From: Squalus acanthias
Taxonomy: Eukaryota
DNA length: 64,000 nucleotides
NCBI GenBank assembly: GCA_030390025.1
Contig: CM059431.1
Location: forward strand, 144,338,001-144,402,000
Direction: 5' to 3'
A program made the translations under genes and the position numbers. Positions 13,626 through 25,487 of the stretch are shown piece by piece; within the stretch, counting starts at the first letter, position 1; every line of letters starts with the position of its first letter. Under the pieces are notes generated by a model, which was given only the letters and a program-made list of their open reading frames with translations, did not search any database and was not told where the DNA came from.

Positions 13626-13879
13626 TAATATTAAAACGCTGAGTACGGACAGCCACAACTTGCAATTAAATAATGGCTTTAGTGTAGATTATTTTGACAA
13701 CATTTTTTTCACAGAGGCGTAATGAAAAGAAATGGACACCAAGTCAAAGAAGGGGATATTATGAGGGGGTGACCAAGAGCTTGGTCATAGATGTGGATTT
13801 TAAGGAGCAGCTTATAGGTTAGAGCGACAGAAAGGTATTGGGAATTAATTCCAGAGATTAGGACCCCACACACATCTTT

Positions 13880-14260
13880 CAAAAACAAATAAAATGGATT
13901 ATATATTGGATGTTTATGACAGCAATTTTGTGTTGACTTTCTGCCATTGTCTCAATTGATTGTAAAGAAAGGGAGACAGGCTGATGACCAAAGACATTTT
14001 TCAGTAAATGCTCGCAGAGCAACAACAGCTCCCGCTTTGTATCGGGATGTTTCAATACTCACAGAAGGATATCGCAGCCTTCCTCTGCGACCATAGCCTT
14101 TCGATTTTCTTTCATCTAAACAAATTATCAAAGTATTGAAAATAATTCTGCTTTTCACTCATATAAAGATTGAATGGGACAGTTTCAGCATTGATGCAAG
14201 CAGTTTTATTCAAAGTCTTTCTGAAACGTAATGGAATAAAATATTTAGATAATATATCTG
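13880..14260 (+). pseudogene. Hantavirid-like N fragment
   Basis: WIIYWMFMT/WLSIIVYLT; KGRQ (13968-13979)/RGRQ; GYRSL/GRYRTA; SSFIQS (14200-14217) then FLKR/SSFYQSYLRR. Confidence 0.65.
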
Positions 14261-14344
14261 ATGCAAAATCTACCTACCTCCCTGCCTGTCTGTCTGTCTA
14301 GGAGAAGGAACAGAACAGACAGCCTTGCGTCGACTAATGGACCT

Positions 14345-14895
14345 TGTTTTTATTTGCTCTTGTTGCGACACTGTTAGGGCAGTAAGTGTTGCTCATTCCT
14401 AATTGCCTCGAAGGATTTAAGAGTCTAGTGCCGGACTTGCCACATCACACCCATCCCAAGAACAAATTAGTGGTACTGCACTAGTGACTGGCAATGATCA
14501 TCTTCAACAAGGGAGAGGCTAACCAATTCACCTTGACAATTGACGGCATTAAAATTGCGGAATACCAAACATCAATACCCTGGGAGTCACCACTGGCCAG
14601 ATACTCAACAGGAGCCACATAAATGTCATGGCTACTGGAGTAGGTCATAGGCTGTTTATTATGCAGAGAGTGGCTCACCTCCGGACTCCACCACAGACAC
14701 TTCGCCACCACTTGCAAGGAACAATTCAGGGCTATGCTGGAATACTCTCCACTGGACTGGATTGATGAAGCTGCAACTACACGCAAGATGTTCGACGCCA
14801 TCCACGTCGAAGCAATCCGCCTGATCGGCAGCCCCTCCACCATGGTAAACATCCGCTCTCTCCATCACTCGCGCACCTTGGCTGCGTGTGTACTC
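14345..14895 (+). mobile_element. Non-LTR retrotransposon RT C-terminal fragment (CR1/L2 group), same family as 23560-24440
   Basis: LEYSPLDW motif and SLHHSRTLAA; DNA similarity to 23750-24110. Confidence 0.75.
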
Positions 14896-15995
14896 GGGAA
14901 TGACAGCGTTCTGAATGCGAGAAATATCTGGTGCAGGAAGATTCAGCACAATCTCTGAGTACTCACCTGAAGACGCGGTTGGCTGCATCTCTACCGACTC
15001 CCGTTGCTGAGGAGCAATCACTTCTGGTCTGTTTGGTTATATAAGAGTAAAGTCTTCTGCTGATTTCTTCTCCTGACCATCAAGTGCATCATTACCCTGC
15101 AAAGATAAGGACATCAGCGAAGCTCAGTACTGTGCCATTGGGATTGTGCATGTCTTCACAAACACTTGTGAAGGGTTTCGATTCAATATTGAGACTCCCA
15201 GACTGTAATCCATTGTTTCTCTTCCTCTGGGAGTTCTATCCTGCCGGTGGGATGGAATTTAGGATGATGGGTCTCTGAGCAGGATTACGTCAGTCTGTTA
15301 CTTGCCTCATCTGAGGCTCTTCCAACTTCGAGCAGCAGTAACTTGCATTTATATCGCTCCTTAAACGTAGGAGAAAGGTCACAATAGGTTTCACAGAGGT
15401 GTAGTCAGACAGAAATAACGCCGTGATAAAGAAGCAGCCATTAGAAACACTGATCAAGAACATTGGCTAGAAATTCGTCTGGGGCGGTGGCGCATAACCG
15501 GCGGTATCGTATCAGGCCGCCCATTGTACGCAGCGCAGATATGCATTTCTATTGCAGTCAACGGAACTGAATATCAGGCGCTGCGTAGAACGGGCGGCCG
15601 ATCCGATACCGCTCGTTTCTCGCCACCGCCCGATACGAATGTATCGGCCATAAGGTTTTAAGAAGTGTCTTAAAGGAGGAGAGAGAAGGAAAGAGACGGC
15701 GAGGTTTAGAGTGGGAATTTCAGATACTAAGGACTAGGCAGCTGAAGGCACGGCCGCCAATGGTGGGTAAAAGGGATTGGGGGATGTACAAGGTTCCAGA
15801 ATTGGCGGAACAGTTATAGGTTGGAGTCCCCAGGCATTGCTGAGCAGGACTTTGCAGAGTCAACACGGCTGAGATTGTCGAACACTTGGTGCGGAAGTGG
15901 TGCCTGGGTCCTTGCTGATATACCTGTCTATTTTGATTTTTCTTAATAAATTCAAAAGCACAACTTGGCATGGCGGGTTTGCGAACTCATTGCAT
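14895..15995 (+). pseudogene. Hantavirid-like N central and C-terminal fragment, split by an L2/MITE insertion (15335-15825)
   Basis: EISGAGRFSTI (14922-14954)/EITPGRFRTI; GLFGYIRVK/GVIGFSFFVK; NIETP/DIESP; FYPAGGMEF (15234-15260)/LYVAGMPEL; after the insertion LSRTLQS and LG..GLRT. Confidence 0.7.
15465..15649. mobile_element. About 185-bp palindromic MITE inserted in an L2 fragment
   Basis: Imperfect inverted repeat over its whole length (ggctagaaattcgt...acgaatgtatcggcc); CpG-rich against its flanks. Confidence 0.75.
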
Positions 15996-15999
15996 ACAT

Positions 16000-17222
16000 A
16001 GAGGAAATGCTGGAAATACTCAGCATATGTGGAGAGAGAATCAGAGTTAGCGTTTCATGTCGATGACCTTTCGTCAGAATTGGTAGATGTGAGAGATGAT
16101 CATAGTCGATCCTTCCCGCTCCCTTTGCTATTCTGCTGTTACCATCTACACCCCCTCTAGACCCAGCTGTTGGCCCAGAAATTAAAGACTGAGTGTTGAC
16201 GCGGGGGTAAGGCTTCCCCGCGATCTCTCACTCCGCGTTGGCTTTCTCAGATCCAGCTCGCACGAACTTGATGTTCTAGACATCAGCTGGGCAGTGCTTG
16301 CGTATCCCACCCGCGTAGTGAATTCGTGCGAGCTGTGGGATCACGTGACTCAGTTAGAGCCAATGGCAGCACACCATCTTCCATTCATAAGTTTCACATA
16401 AGTGCTGAGAAAGCTATGAATCTTACACACCCCCAAAATAACAGCTAAACCTCAATTATTATTTTTTTAAAAACCATCACATTAATAAAATAAGTATAGT
16501 TAAATAAATTAACCATTTTAAATAAAAAATTAAATTTTTGAAAAAATTTAAAATCTTTTAAAAAGTTATAAAAATAAACTTACCTGTCATTAAAGTCTCT
16601 AAAAAAGATATACCTGTTAAAAAAAATTCAAAATAATACTTAATTCACTACTTACCTTGTTAAAAGTGGGTCTTACTCCTCCTTTTTTCATTTCTAAAAT
16701 CTACCGTCCTTACCTGCGCGTCCAAAGCACTAAGTGCACAGCGTGCGCGCAGCCTGTAGCGCGCACGCGGTGCACCGAGGAACCGCCCCCTTTTCCAAAA
16801 ACCAAGTGCCGGTTTTCAGCGCATGCGCAGTGCAAGCAGAAAACCGGCAATTGGTGACAGAATACGCGAGAGTACACAGTGCGTACTCTCGCGTTGCGGG
16901 ACAAATTTTTGGGCCGTTGTTTATTTTCTTGCTGCATCAACACCTTCTTTGTCTTCATTTCTTTTGACAGATAATCACTCAGGCCCTCCACCCTGTCACA
17001 GACTTTTCCCTTTGCTCTTGTCCTGCCCCCATTTCGCTGCCTTTGTATTGCTTAAAATCTATTAAATCTCTAACATCTTCCAACTCTGACGAAGAGTCTG
17101 CAAACTGAAACGTTAACTCTGTTCTACTCTCTCTCCACAGATGCTGCCTGACCTGCTGAGTATTTCCAGCATTTCCTGTTTTTATTCCAGATTTCCAGTA
17201 TCCGCAATATTTCGCTTGTGTT
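16000..17222. mobile_element. Penelope-like element remnant (family B), inverted ends with hammerhead-like cores, interrupted by a MITE
   Basis: Inverted copies of ctgacgaa..gaaacgttaactctg...ctgagtatttccagcatt at 16004-16080 (-) and 17085-17180 (+). Confidence 0.75.
16172..16915. mobile_element. PIF/Harbinger-like non-autonomous DNA transposon
   Basis: Terminal inverted repeats (TIRs) ggcccagaaatt / aatttttgggcc; 3-bp TSD gtt; GC-rich hairpin arms around an AT-rich core. Confidence 0.75.
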
Positions 17223-17294
17223 ATGCACCCATGTGGGAAGCGGATTCAACACCATAACAACGAAACTAGCGAACAACTGCTAATAAAAAACACA

Positions 17295-17727
17295 ATTGAG
17301 AGGTCGCACAACACCAGGTTATAGTCCAACAGTTTTATTTGAAATCACAAGCTTTCGGAGCTATCGATTGCTCCTTCCTCAGGTGAAGTAAATTAGATAC
17401 AGAATCGCCAAAGCATATATAGATAGAAAACAAAGCATATGTACCTTACAATTGCAGACCACTAAATTAAATCATCCTGACTATCTGCCGAGGTGTGGTA
17501 GTCAGGATGATTTAATTTAGTGGTCTGCAATTGTAAGGTACACATGCTTTGTTTTCTATCTATATATGCTTTGGCGATTCTGTATCTAATTTACTTCACC
17601 TGAGGAAGGAGCAATCGATAGCTCCGAAAGCTTGTGATTTCAAATAAAACTGTTGGACTATAACCTGGTGTTGTGCGACCTCTCAATTTTGTCCACCCCA
17701 GTCCAACACCGGCATCTCCGCATCATG
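17295..17727. mobile_element. Young Penelope-like hairpin insertion (family A) with two hammerhead ribozyme motifs
   Basis: 190-bp arms (17294-17483 / 17499-17688) with one mismatch seen; TSD aataaaaaacaca at 17282-17294 and 17728-17740. Confidence 0.9.
17596..17637 (+). ncRNA. Minimal type I hammerhead ribozyme motif (mirror copy 17345-17386 on -)
   Basis: Stem I tcac/gtga, CTGAGGA core, stem II ggagc/gctcc, GAAA followed by palindromic AAGCTT (dimer-type stem III). Confidence 0.75.
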
Positions 17728-17787
17728 AATAAAAAACACACCATTGCAGGCTTGAGGGAGCACTGCAGATCGCCAAACAAATCAAGA

Positions 17788-17889
17788 CTTGAAATAACAA
17801 CACAAAACGCTGGAAAAACTCAGCAGGCCAGACAACATCCGTGTAGAGAGAAAGAGAGTTAATGTTTCAGGTCGATGACCTTTCGTCAG
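17788..17889 (-). mobile_element. Penelope-like family B fragment starting at its hammerhead core
   Basis: Minus strand reads ctgacgaaaggtcatcgacctgaaacatt; TSD aacaaatcaaga at 17776-17787 and 17890-17901. Confidence 0.8.
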
Positions 17890-18574
17890 AACAAATCAAG
17901 AACTGATTCAATCAGTGTTCCCAAGATCATCATTCTCCGACCTACGCCAAATAAGATCAGTGTATGCAAAGACTGATGGTAGTGGTAAAGAAAAAGGAGA
18001 TCCAATCGCAGTCACGTCCTCCTCCTGAACACGACGGGCTCATTCTGCCCTTGTGCGGTGATGTAAAACGTGTGATATCGAATTTACCGCCCGTTATACA
18101 CCTCGCCCGATTTTTCCCTCCGTGGAAATGGGGTCAATTCTATACCGCCCGACGGACACCCTCGCTCAAAGTGAAAATGCACCCTCATGAAGTAATGCGG
18201 AGAATGTCCCAGTTGAAAACACATCTGCCGATGAGAAGACTGGTTTGCCAGGTCCTTGTAGAAAAACCATGGGATTTGCACCTTCTCTGGGATCTAATTC
18301 AGTCCGCCAGCTAAGTGCCTGAGAGACCCGCAGAACCAACATCCCTAGTCCATAAGCACAATAAACTGGCCCAAAACACGATGACTGACCGCATCCCTCG
18401 CGCTATCTCAACTCCCTTGGACTTGCAGCTCACTGCTTCGTTGCGGACTTTTTCTGTGCTACCGGAATTAAACCCGCGAGGACGAAGATGGGGTGAAACT
18501 GCAACAAACGGATTCGCCGTTTGTGCTATGTTACGGTGAGTTTGCTCTTTGTAACCTGACCGTCTCCCCTCAGT

Positions 18575-19190
18575 GATAAGAACATACGAAATAGGAGCAG
18601 GAGTAGGCCATTCGGAACTTCGAGCCTGAGCGGCCATTCATTAAAATCATTTTTTTAAACTCGTTCATGCGATGTGGGCGTCGCTGGCAAGGCCAGCATT
18701 TATTGCACATCTCTAGTTGCACTTGAGACAGTGATGGTGAGCCACCCTCTTGAACCGCTGCAGTCTCATTCATCTTTAACCTCAATTCCACTTTCCTGCC
18801 CGATCTCCATATATCCCTGGATTCCCCTAGAGTCTGAAAATCTACGGATCTCAGCCTTGAATAAACTCAAAGACTATGCATTCACAACCTTTTGGAGCAG
18901 TGAATTCCAAAGATTCACATCCCTGTAAGTGAACAAATTCCTCCAGTCTTAAAAGGCCGACCCCGAATCCTGAGACTATGACCCCTAGTTCCAGACTCTA
19001 CAGCCAGGGAAAACAACCACTCTGCATCTACCCTGTCAATCCCCCGCAGAGTCTTATATGTTTCAATGAGATCACCTTTCATTCTTCTAAACTTCAGAGA
19101 GTACAGGCCCAATCGACTCAATCTCTCCTCGTAGGGCAACCCACTAATCATAGGAATCAATCTGGTGAAGCTTCTTTGCAGCGCCTCTAA
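18575..19190 (-). mobile_element. CR1 3' end with a nested short fragment
   Basis: YEERLSRLGLYSL..RRMKGDLIETYK; (aagaacat) tail. Confidence 0.9.
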
Positions 19191-19559
19191 TGATGGTCCA
19201 TTTGTAGCTCCCAAACTGCAACTTAGCTAAGTCGTTCTCGGTTGTGTCGATTCGTAAGGCTGAAGGAATGAAAGGGCCGCATCTTCGACAACCGAGATAG
19301 GTTGCAGTAGGAAAATAGCTTAAACCACACTTCATGGATGGTTCAAATAAAAATGCCAAATTACCAGTAAAGAACATAGGGGGTGAAATCATAGAATGAT
19401 GCAGTACAGAATGAAGTCGTTAGACCGATCGTATCCGTTCCAGCTCTTTGAAAGAGCTGTTCAATTATCCCCACTCCTCTGCTCTTTCCCCATAGACCAG
19501 CCTTTTTTATTCCTTTTCAAGTATTTATCCAATTCCAATTTTGAAATGTAATACTAAAT

Positions 19560-22500
19560 ATAACTATCAGACGGGATAGCGAGGGAGGTAAAAAGGGAGG
19601 CGGGGCGGTCGCGGTATTGATTAAAGAAACTATCACATCTGTGAGGAGGAATGATATGTTGGAGGGATCATCAAACGAGGCCATATGGGTCGAATTGAAA
19701 AACAAAAATAGGGCGATCACACTGCTGCGAGTGTGCTACAGACCCCCAAACAGTGAGAGGGAGATAGAAGAACAAATATGTAGACACTTTTCTGAGTAGT
19801 GCAAAAATTATAGGGCAGTAATAGTAGGGGTTTCAACTACCCCATATCCAGACATCAGCTGTGCTGGGCTTGCGTATCCCAGCGGCGTAGTGAATTCGTG
19901 CGAGCTGTGGGATCACGTGACTCAGTTAGAGCCAATGGCAGCACACCATCTTCCATTCATAAGTCTCACAGCATGGCTGTGAGACTTATGAATCTTACAC
20001 CCCCCCAAAATAACAGCTAAACCTCAATTAAATTTAAAAAAAAACCATCACATTAATAAAATAAGTATAGTTAATTAAATTAACCATTTTAAATAAAAAA
20101 TTAAATTTTTGAAAAAATTTAAAATCTTTTAAAATGTTATAAAAATAAACTTACCTGTCTTTAAAGTCTATAAAAAGATATACCTGTAAAAAAAAATTCA
20201 AATAATTACTTAATTCACTACTTACCTTCTTAAAAGCGGGTCTTACTCCTCCTTTTTACATTTCCAAAATCTTCCCTACTTACCTGCGCATCCAAAGCAT
20301 GAAGTGCACAGCGTGCGCGCAGCCTGTAGCGCGCACGCGATGCACCATTAACTGGGATAAAATTATTGTGAAGGGTATAGAGGGTGCGGAATTCCTAAAA
20401 TGCATCCAGGAGAATTTTTTTAGCCAGTAGGTAGCAAGCCCAATAAGGGAGGGAGCGGTTCTGCAATTAATTTTAGGGAATGAAGCTGGGCAGGTAGAAG
20501 GCGTGTCAGTGAGGGAGCATGTTGGTGCTAGTGACTATCATTCTGTTAGAATTAAGGTACGTATGGAAAAGGACAAGGATAGACCAGGAATAAAAAAATA
20601 TAACAGAGGAAAAGCTAATTTTGCTGAGCTCAGAGGGGATTTAGCCATAGTGGACTGGAAACAGCTACTTGAAGGTAAATCAGTTTCAGAGCAGTGGGAG
20701 GCATTCAAGGATGATATAATGAGGGTACAGAGCAAATATGTGCCCTTAAAGAAAAAAGGTGGGATTAACAAATCTAGAGCCCCTGGATGTTTAGAGACAT
20801 ACAGGGTAGGATAAAGAAAAAAAGGAAGGCGTATTACAGATACCGAAGGCTAAGTACTCCAAAGTCTTTACAGGAGTGCATAAAGTGCAAGGGTGCAATT
20901 AAAAATGAGATAAGGAAAGCAAAGAGAGAGCAGCAAAAATTCTTGGCAAGTAAAATCAAGGAAAACCCAAAGATGTTTTATAAATATATTAAGAGTAAGA
21001 GGATAACTAAAGAAAGGGTAGGGCCTATTAGAGGTCATGAGGGTAATCTGTGTGTGGAGGCGGAGACGTTGGTGGGGTTCTTAATGAATACTTTGCGTCT
21101 GTTTTCACAAAGGAGAGGGGCGAAGCAGACCTTGCTATCAGGGAGGAGGAATGTGAAATATTAGATGAAATAAATATAGTGAGAGAGGAAGTATTAAGGG
21201 GTTTAGCAACTGCAAAAGTGGAGAAATAACCAGGCCAGGATGAAATGTATCCCAGGCTGTTAAGCGACGTAAAAGAGGAAATAGCAGAGGCCCTGACTAT
21301 CATTTTTCAATCCTCTCTGGCTTCAGGTGTGGTGCCGGAGGACTGGAGGAATGCTAAAGTGGTATTCTTGTTTAAAAAGGGAGCAAAGGATAGACCGAGT
21401 AATTACAGGCCAGTCAGCCTAACCTCGGTGGTGGGAACTTTATTGGAAAAAATTCTGAAGGACAGGATAAATCTTCATTTCTAAAGACACGGATTAATCA
21501 AGGATAGTCAGCACGGCATTGTTAAGGGAAGCTCGTGTCTGACAAACTTGATGGATTTTTTTGAGCAGGTAACAAGGAGGGTAGATGAGGGTAGTGCGTT
21601 TGATGTAGTGTATATGGTCTGTAGGAAGCATTTTGATAAGGTTCCACATGGCAGACTGGTCACGAAGTTAAAAGCCTATGGGATCCAGGGCAAAGTGTCA
21701 AGTTGGAATCCAAACTGTCTCGGAGACAGGAAGCAGAGATTAATGGTTGATGGGTGTTTTTGTGACTGGAAGTCTGTTTCCAGTGGGGTTCCAGAGGGCT
21801 CAGTACTAGTTCCCTTGTCTTTTGTGGTATATATCAATGACCTAGACTTGAATATAGGGGGTATAATTAAGAAGTTTGCAGCTGATATAAAATCGGCTGT
21901 GTGGCTGATACTGAAAAAGGAAGCTGTAGACTGCAGGAAGATATCAAAAAAATTGGTCAGGTGGGCAGAGTAGTGGCAAATGGAATTCAATCCGGAGAAG
22001 TGTGAGTTAATGCATTTGGGGAGGGCTAACATGGAAAGGGAATACACATTAAATGGTAAGACACTGAGTAGTGTAGAGGAATAAAGGGACCTTGGAGTGC
22101 ATGTTCACAGATTCCTGAAGGTAGCAAGCCAGGTCGATAAGGTGGTTAAGAAGGCATACGGAATGCTTGCCTTTATTAGTCGTGGCATAGAATACAAGTG
22201 CAGGGGAGTTATGCTTCAACTGTATAAAACACTAGTTAGGTCTCAGCTAGGGTACTGAGTGCAGTTCTGTTCACCACATTACAGGAAATATGTGATTGCA
22301 CTAGAGAGGGTACAGAGGAGATTTACAAGGATGTTGCCGGGAGTAGAGAAGAAAGACTGGATAGGCTGGGTTTGTTTTCCTTGGAACAGAGGAGGCTTAG
22401 GGGAGACCTTATTGAGGTGTCTAAATTTATGAGGGGTATCGATAAAGTGAATAGAAAGGATCTATTTCCCTTAGCAGAGGGGTCAGAAACCAAGGGGCAC

Positions 22501-22785
22501 AGATTTAAAGTAATTGGTGGAAGGTTTAAAGGGGATCTGAGGGGAAATTTCTTCACCCAGAGGGTTGTGGGATTCTGGAACTCACTGCCTGAAAGAGTGG
22601 TAGAGGCAGGAACCCTAACCTCATTTAAAATGTACTTGGATGTGCACTTGGGATTCTATAAACTGCAGGGCTACGGACCAAGTGCTGGGAAGTGGGATTA
22701 GGCTGGAATACTCTTTGCTGGCCGGCGCGGACATGATGGGCCGAAATGGCCTCCTTCCATGCTGTAACTTTCTATGATTCTATGG
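19560..22785 (+). mobile_element. CR1 LINE ORF2 (endonuclease + RT), disrupted, with (ttctatga)n tail
   Basis: CYRPPN, SDYH, NYRPVSLTS, FDKVPH, PEGSVL and WNSLP motifs. Confidence 0.95.
19848..20346 (+). mobile_element. TIR-less internal fragment of the 16172-16915 transposon inserted in the CR1 endonuclease
   Basis: Aligns to about 16277-16776; splits the CR1 FNYP-(N)INW motif. Confidence 0.85.
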
Positions 22786-22954
22786 AAGTGCTTCTACCAC
22801 CCTTTCATGCAGTACCTTCCAGATCAGAACAATTCTCTGCGTAAAGAAAAAATCACCTCACCTCCCCCTCTGGTTCTTTTACCAATTACCTAAGTCTGTG
22901 CCTTTTGCTTATCGACCCAACTGCTAATGGTAACAGTTTGTCATTATTTCCGCT

Positions 22955-23350
22955 AGGAGTCAGCAATGGCTGAGTGTTAGCCCTCTGGCCTCTGAGTTAA
23001 TAGGTCATGGGCTGAAGTCTCACTCCAGAGGTGCTGTCTTTCTGATTGAGACGTTAAACCGAGACCACATCTGCTCTCTCAGGTGGGCGTAAAAGATCCC
23101 ATCGAAGTAGAGCAGGCAATTATTCCTTTACTGCATGAGTCATTCATAATCCCTCAAGGAACATCACTATTAACAGATTATCTGATCTTTATCTCATTGC
23201 TGTTTGTCAGAGATTGCTCTGCGCAAATCGACTGTCACGTTCCCGGCACTACTACAGCGACTACACTTCTAAACCGTACCTCATTGGCTGTAAAGCTCTT
23301 TGAGACGCCCTGTGTTCGGGAAAGGCGCTATATAAATGCAAAGCATCCTT
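22955..23350 (+). mobile_element. tRNA-derived SINE (HE1/Deu-domain type); further copies at about 26500-26710(-), 46170-46590(-), 46600-47090, 50610-51060(-), 51505-51860, 59520-59790(-) and 62875-63085
   Basis: Decayed A/B boxes, gaggtgctgtctttc..gagacgttaaacc core and aaaggcgctatataaatgcaag end. Confidence 0.75.
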
Positions 23351-23439
23351 TCTTTCTTTTCAAAACCCTTCATAATAATGAACACCTCTATTCACTATCT
23401 AGTTAATCTTCCTGCACTAAGGAATTAATCTGGGATTCT

Positions 23440-24615
23440 CTCAATAGGGCCTCCCTAACTATGGCGGGAATCGTTTTTGTTTATAAAGGTCATTCATGAG
23501 AACCATCCGGGTTTGTATGATGGATGACTCAGCCCAGGAATGCCTGACCACTGCTCACGGTACTTTTTTTTATTTGCTCTTGCGGTGTGGCGACACGGGA
23601 AGCGCAGTATTTATTGCCATCCCAAGTTGCTCCGAGGAATATAAGAGTCTAATACTGGCAGTGCCAGCATCGCTCCATCCCAAGAACGATTCGGTGGCAT
23701 CGCAGAAGTGCCGGCCAATGGCAATGTCCAACAATGGAGCGCCTAACCAACTCCCCTTGACATTCAATTTCATCTCCAGCGCCCAATTGCCCTACCGTCA
23801 ATACCCTTGGGCAGCAACTCAATTGTAACAGACAGATAAATGCAATGACACAGGAGCAGTTCAGAGGCGAAGTATTCTGCAGCAAGTGTCTCACCTCCTG
23901 ACTCTCCAAAATCTTTCCACCATCTACAAGGCACAAGTCAGGAGTGTGATGGAATATTCTCCACTTGCCTGGATAAGTGCAGCTCCAACAACTGTCAAGT
24001 AGCTCGATAACATCCAGAAAATAAGAATCCTTTTGATTGGCACCCCATCCACCAAAGTTAATATTTCGTCCCTCCACCACCAGCGTACTGTGGCTGCTGT
24101 GTGTACCATCTACAAGATGCACTGCATTAACTCGCCAAGAATTATTCAGCAGTACCTCTCAGATCCGCGACCTCTACCACCTAGAAGGACAAGACAGCAG
24201 GTGCATCGGACCACCATCACCTGCAAGTTCCCCTCCAATTTACACGGTATCCTGATTTGGCAATATATCGGTGTTCCTTCGTCGTCGCTGCGTCGCAATC
24301 CTGGAAATCAACCTAACGGCACAGCGGGAGTATCTTCACCACACGGACTGCAGCAGCTCAAGCGGCAGCTCACCACCAACTTCTCAAGGGCATTAAATGA
24401 AGGCCTTGCCAGCGAAACCCACATAATGAGAATTTAAAGAAAAACACGAAACTCCTTATTGATCAAAGCTTTTAAATCAACCGAGCAATATTTTTATCCT
24501 GTAATGTTCCTCTGCAGTTGTTGTTGTTACATATGACGGGAATGGCTTATAATGGGATGTCTAGTTTGGCTATTGATTCGACTGCCTCCTGAGATGCCGA
24601 GTGGGGAAATGAGGT
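23440..24615 (+). pseudogene. Hantavirid-like N fragments split by a LINE (23560-24440)
   Basis: DDSAQECLTTAH before the insert and LLIDQ after it / DDMDPELRTLAQSLID; then VPLQLLLLHM/VPILLKALYM. Confidence 0.55.
23560..24440 (+). mobile_element. Non-LTR retrotransposon 3' end (CR1/L2 group)
   Basis: YKAQVRSVMEYSPLAW and SLHHQRTVAA motifs; A-rich tail. Confidence 0.8.
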
Positions 24616-25375
24616 GCGTTCCTTAACAATTCTTAGTAGACAGGTTGATGTGATGTATTCGATGGTCTGGGACTCATGGCCACTGTCGCACTTCGGGTCA
24701 ACCCTCATCTTCCACTTGGGGAGCAGGTGGCTGTATCGTCCATGCCCTGTGCGGATTGGGTTGACCGCTGTCTTCGAGGGAGGTCGTAGCTCGGGACCAC
24801 TGCTGTTGGGTGAGTGATGAGGCGTTTGTTCTTAATGTTGCATGTGTCCCATGATTCCGTCCATCTGGATGGTGGGTCGATACAAGCTGGATAAATATTG
24901 GCTGCCGTTTCCCAGAATGGCCGATGTGATTTTAAGAAGTTTGGTGGTGGGTTTTCAAGTCTTTGTGAATTGTAATGTCGATGTTGCTCGTGATTTTTGC
25001 CCATCTCACAGAGCATGGAGGTGTCACAGCGAATGGCAGGCGGGGCAATGTGGGATAGCACCAGGCGCCATTCAGTTGGAGTGGAATTGAGCAACCATGA
25101 CACCATCCTCATGGCAGCGTTTAGCTGCACGTCCATGGTCTTTGTGTGGTTGCTACAGGACCATGAGGCAGAGCAGTATTCGACAGCATAGTAGACCAGG
25201 CCTACTCTTGAGGTGCGAGAGGAACTGGCTGTGCTCCACATGTCGTTCCAGTAAGTTTCCGGAGCGGGTTCACCCAGTTTTTTTTAATTTTTTTGGCCGG
25301 TTTTGGTGAAATGCGGCCGGTAGGTGAGAGACCTGTCCAGAGTGACACCCAGGTGTTTCGGGTAGGGTTCATGGG
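24615..25375 (-). mobile_element. Vingi/ingi-like LINE 3' fragment
   Basis: PKHLGVTLDRSLTY and LVYYAVEYCSASW..DVQLN..TPTEW..IAPP motifs. Clade assignment is from memory. Confidence 0.65.
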
Positions 25376-25487
25376 TAATTCGCCTTACACTGATTGACAG
25401 TTCCAAAACCAAGGCCTTGCAAATCTCAATTCTTTGACGTGATGGGGAGACCATGACAAAATCGCAAAGGAGGAACATTTAAATTAC

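Larger units (their letters stand above)
17225..19385 (+). pseudogene. Hantavirid-like N copy, near full span, interrupted by two Penelope insertions, a MITE piece and a CR1
   Basis: After removing inserts: KRIQHHNNETSEQLL/KEVQDNITLHEQQLV; GKEKGDPIAV (17985-18014)/GKEQDPTGV; AQS..M..EV; FALC-PDRLP (18555-18569)/FACAPDRCP; FVAPKLQL/YVAGMPEL. Confidence 0.7.

Noticed and set aside
14063..15096. Apparent downstream exons of the left PYD gene on - (15096-14967 and 14115-14063) with good splice sites and compatible phases
   Set aside because: The first contains an in-frame TAA, and both lie antisense to N-like frames whose purine richness mimics acceptors. Antisense exonisation is not excluded but is unsupported without RNA data.
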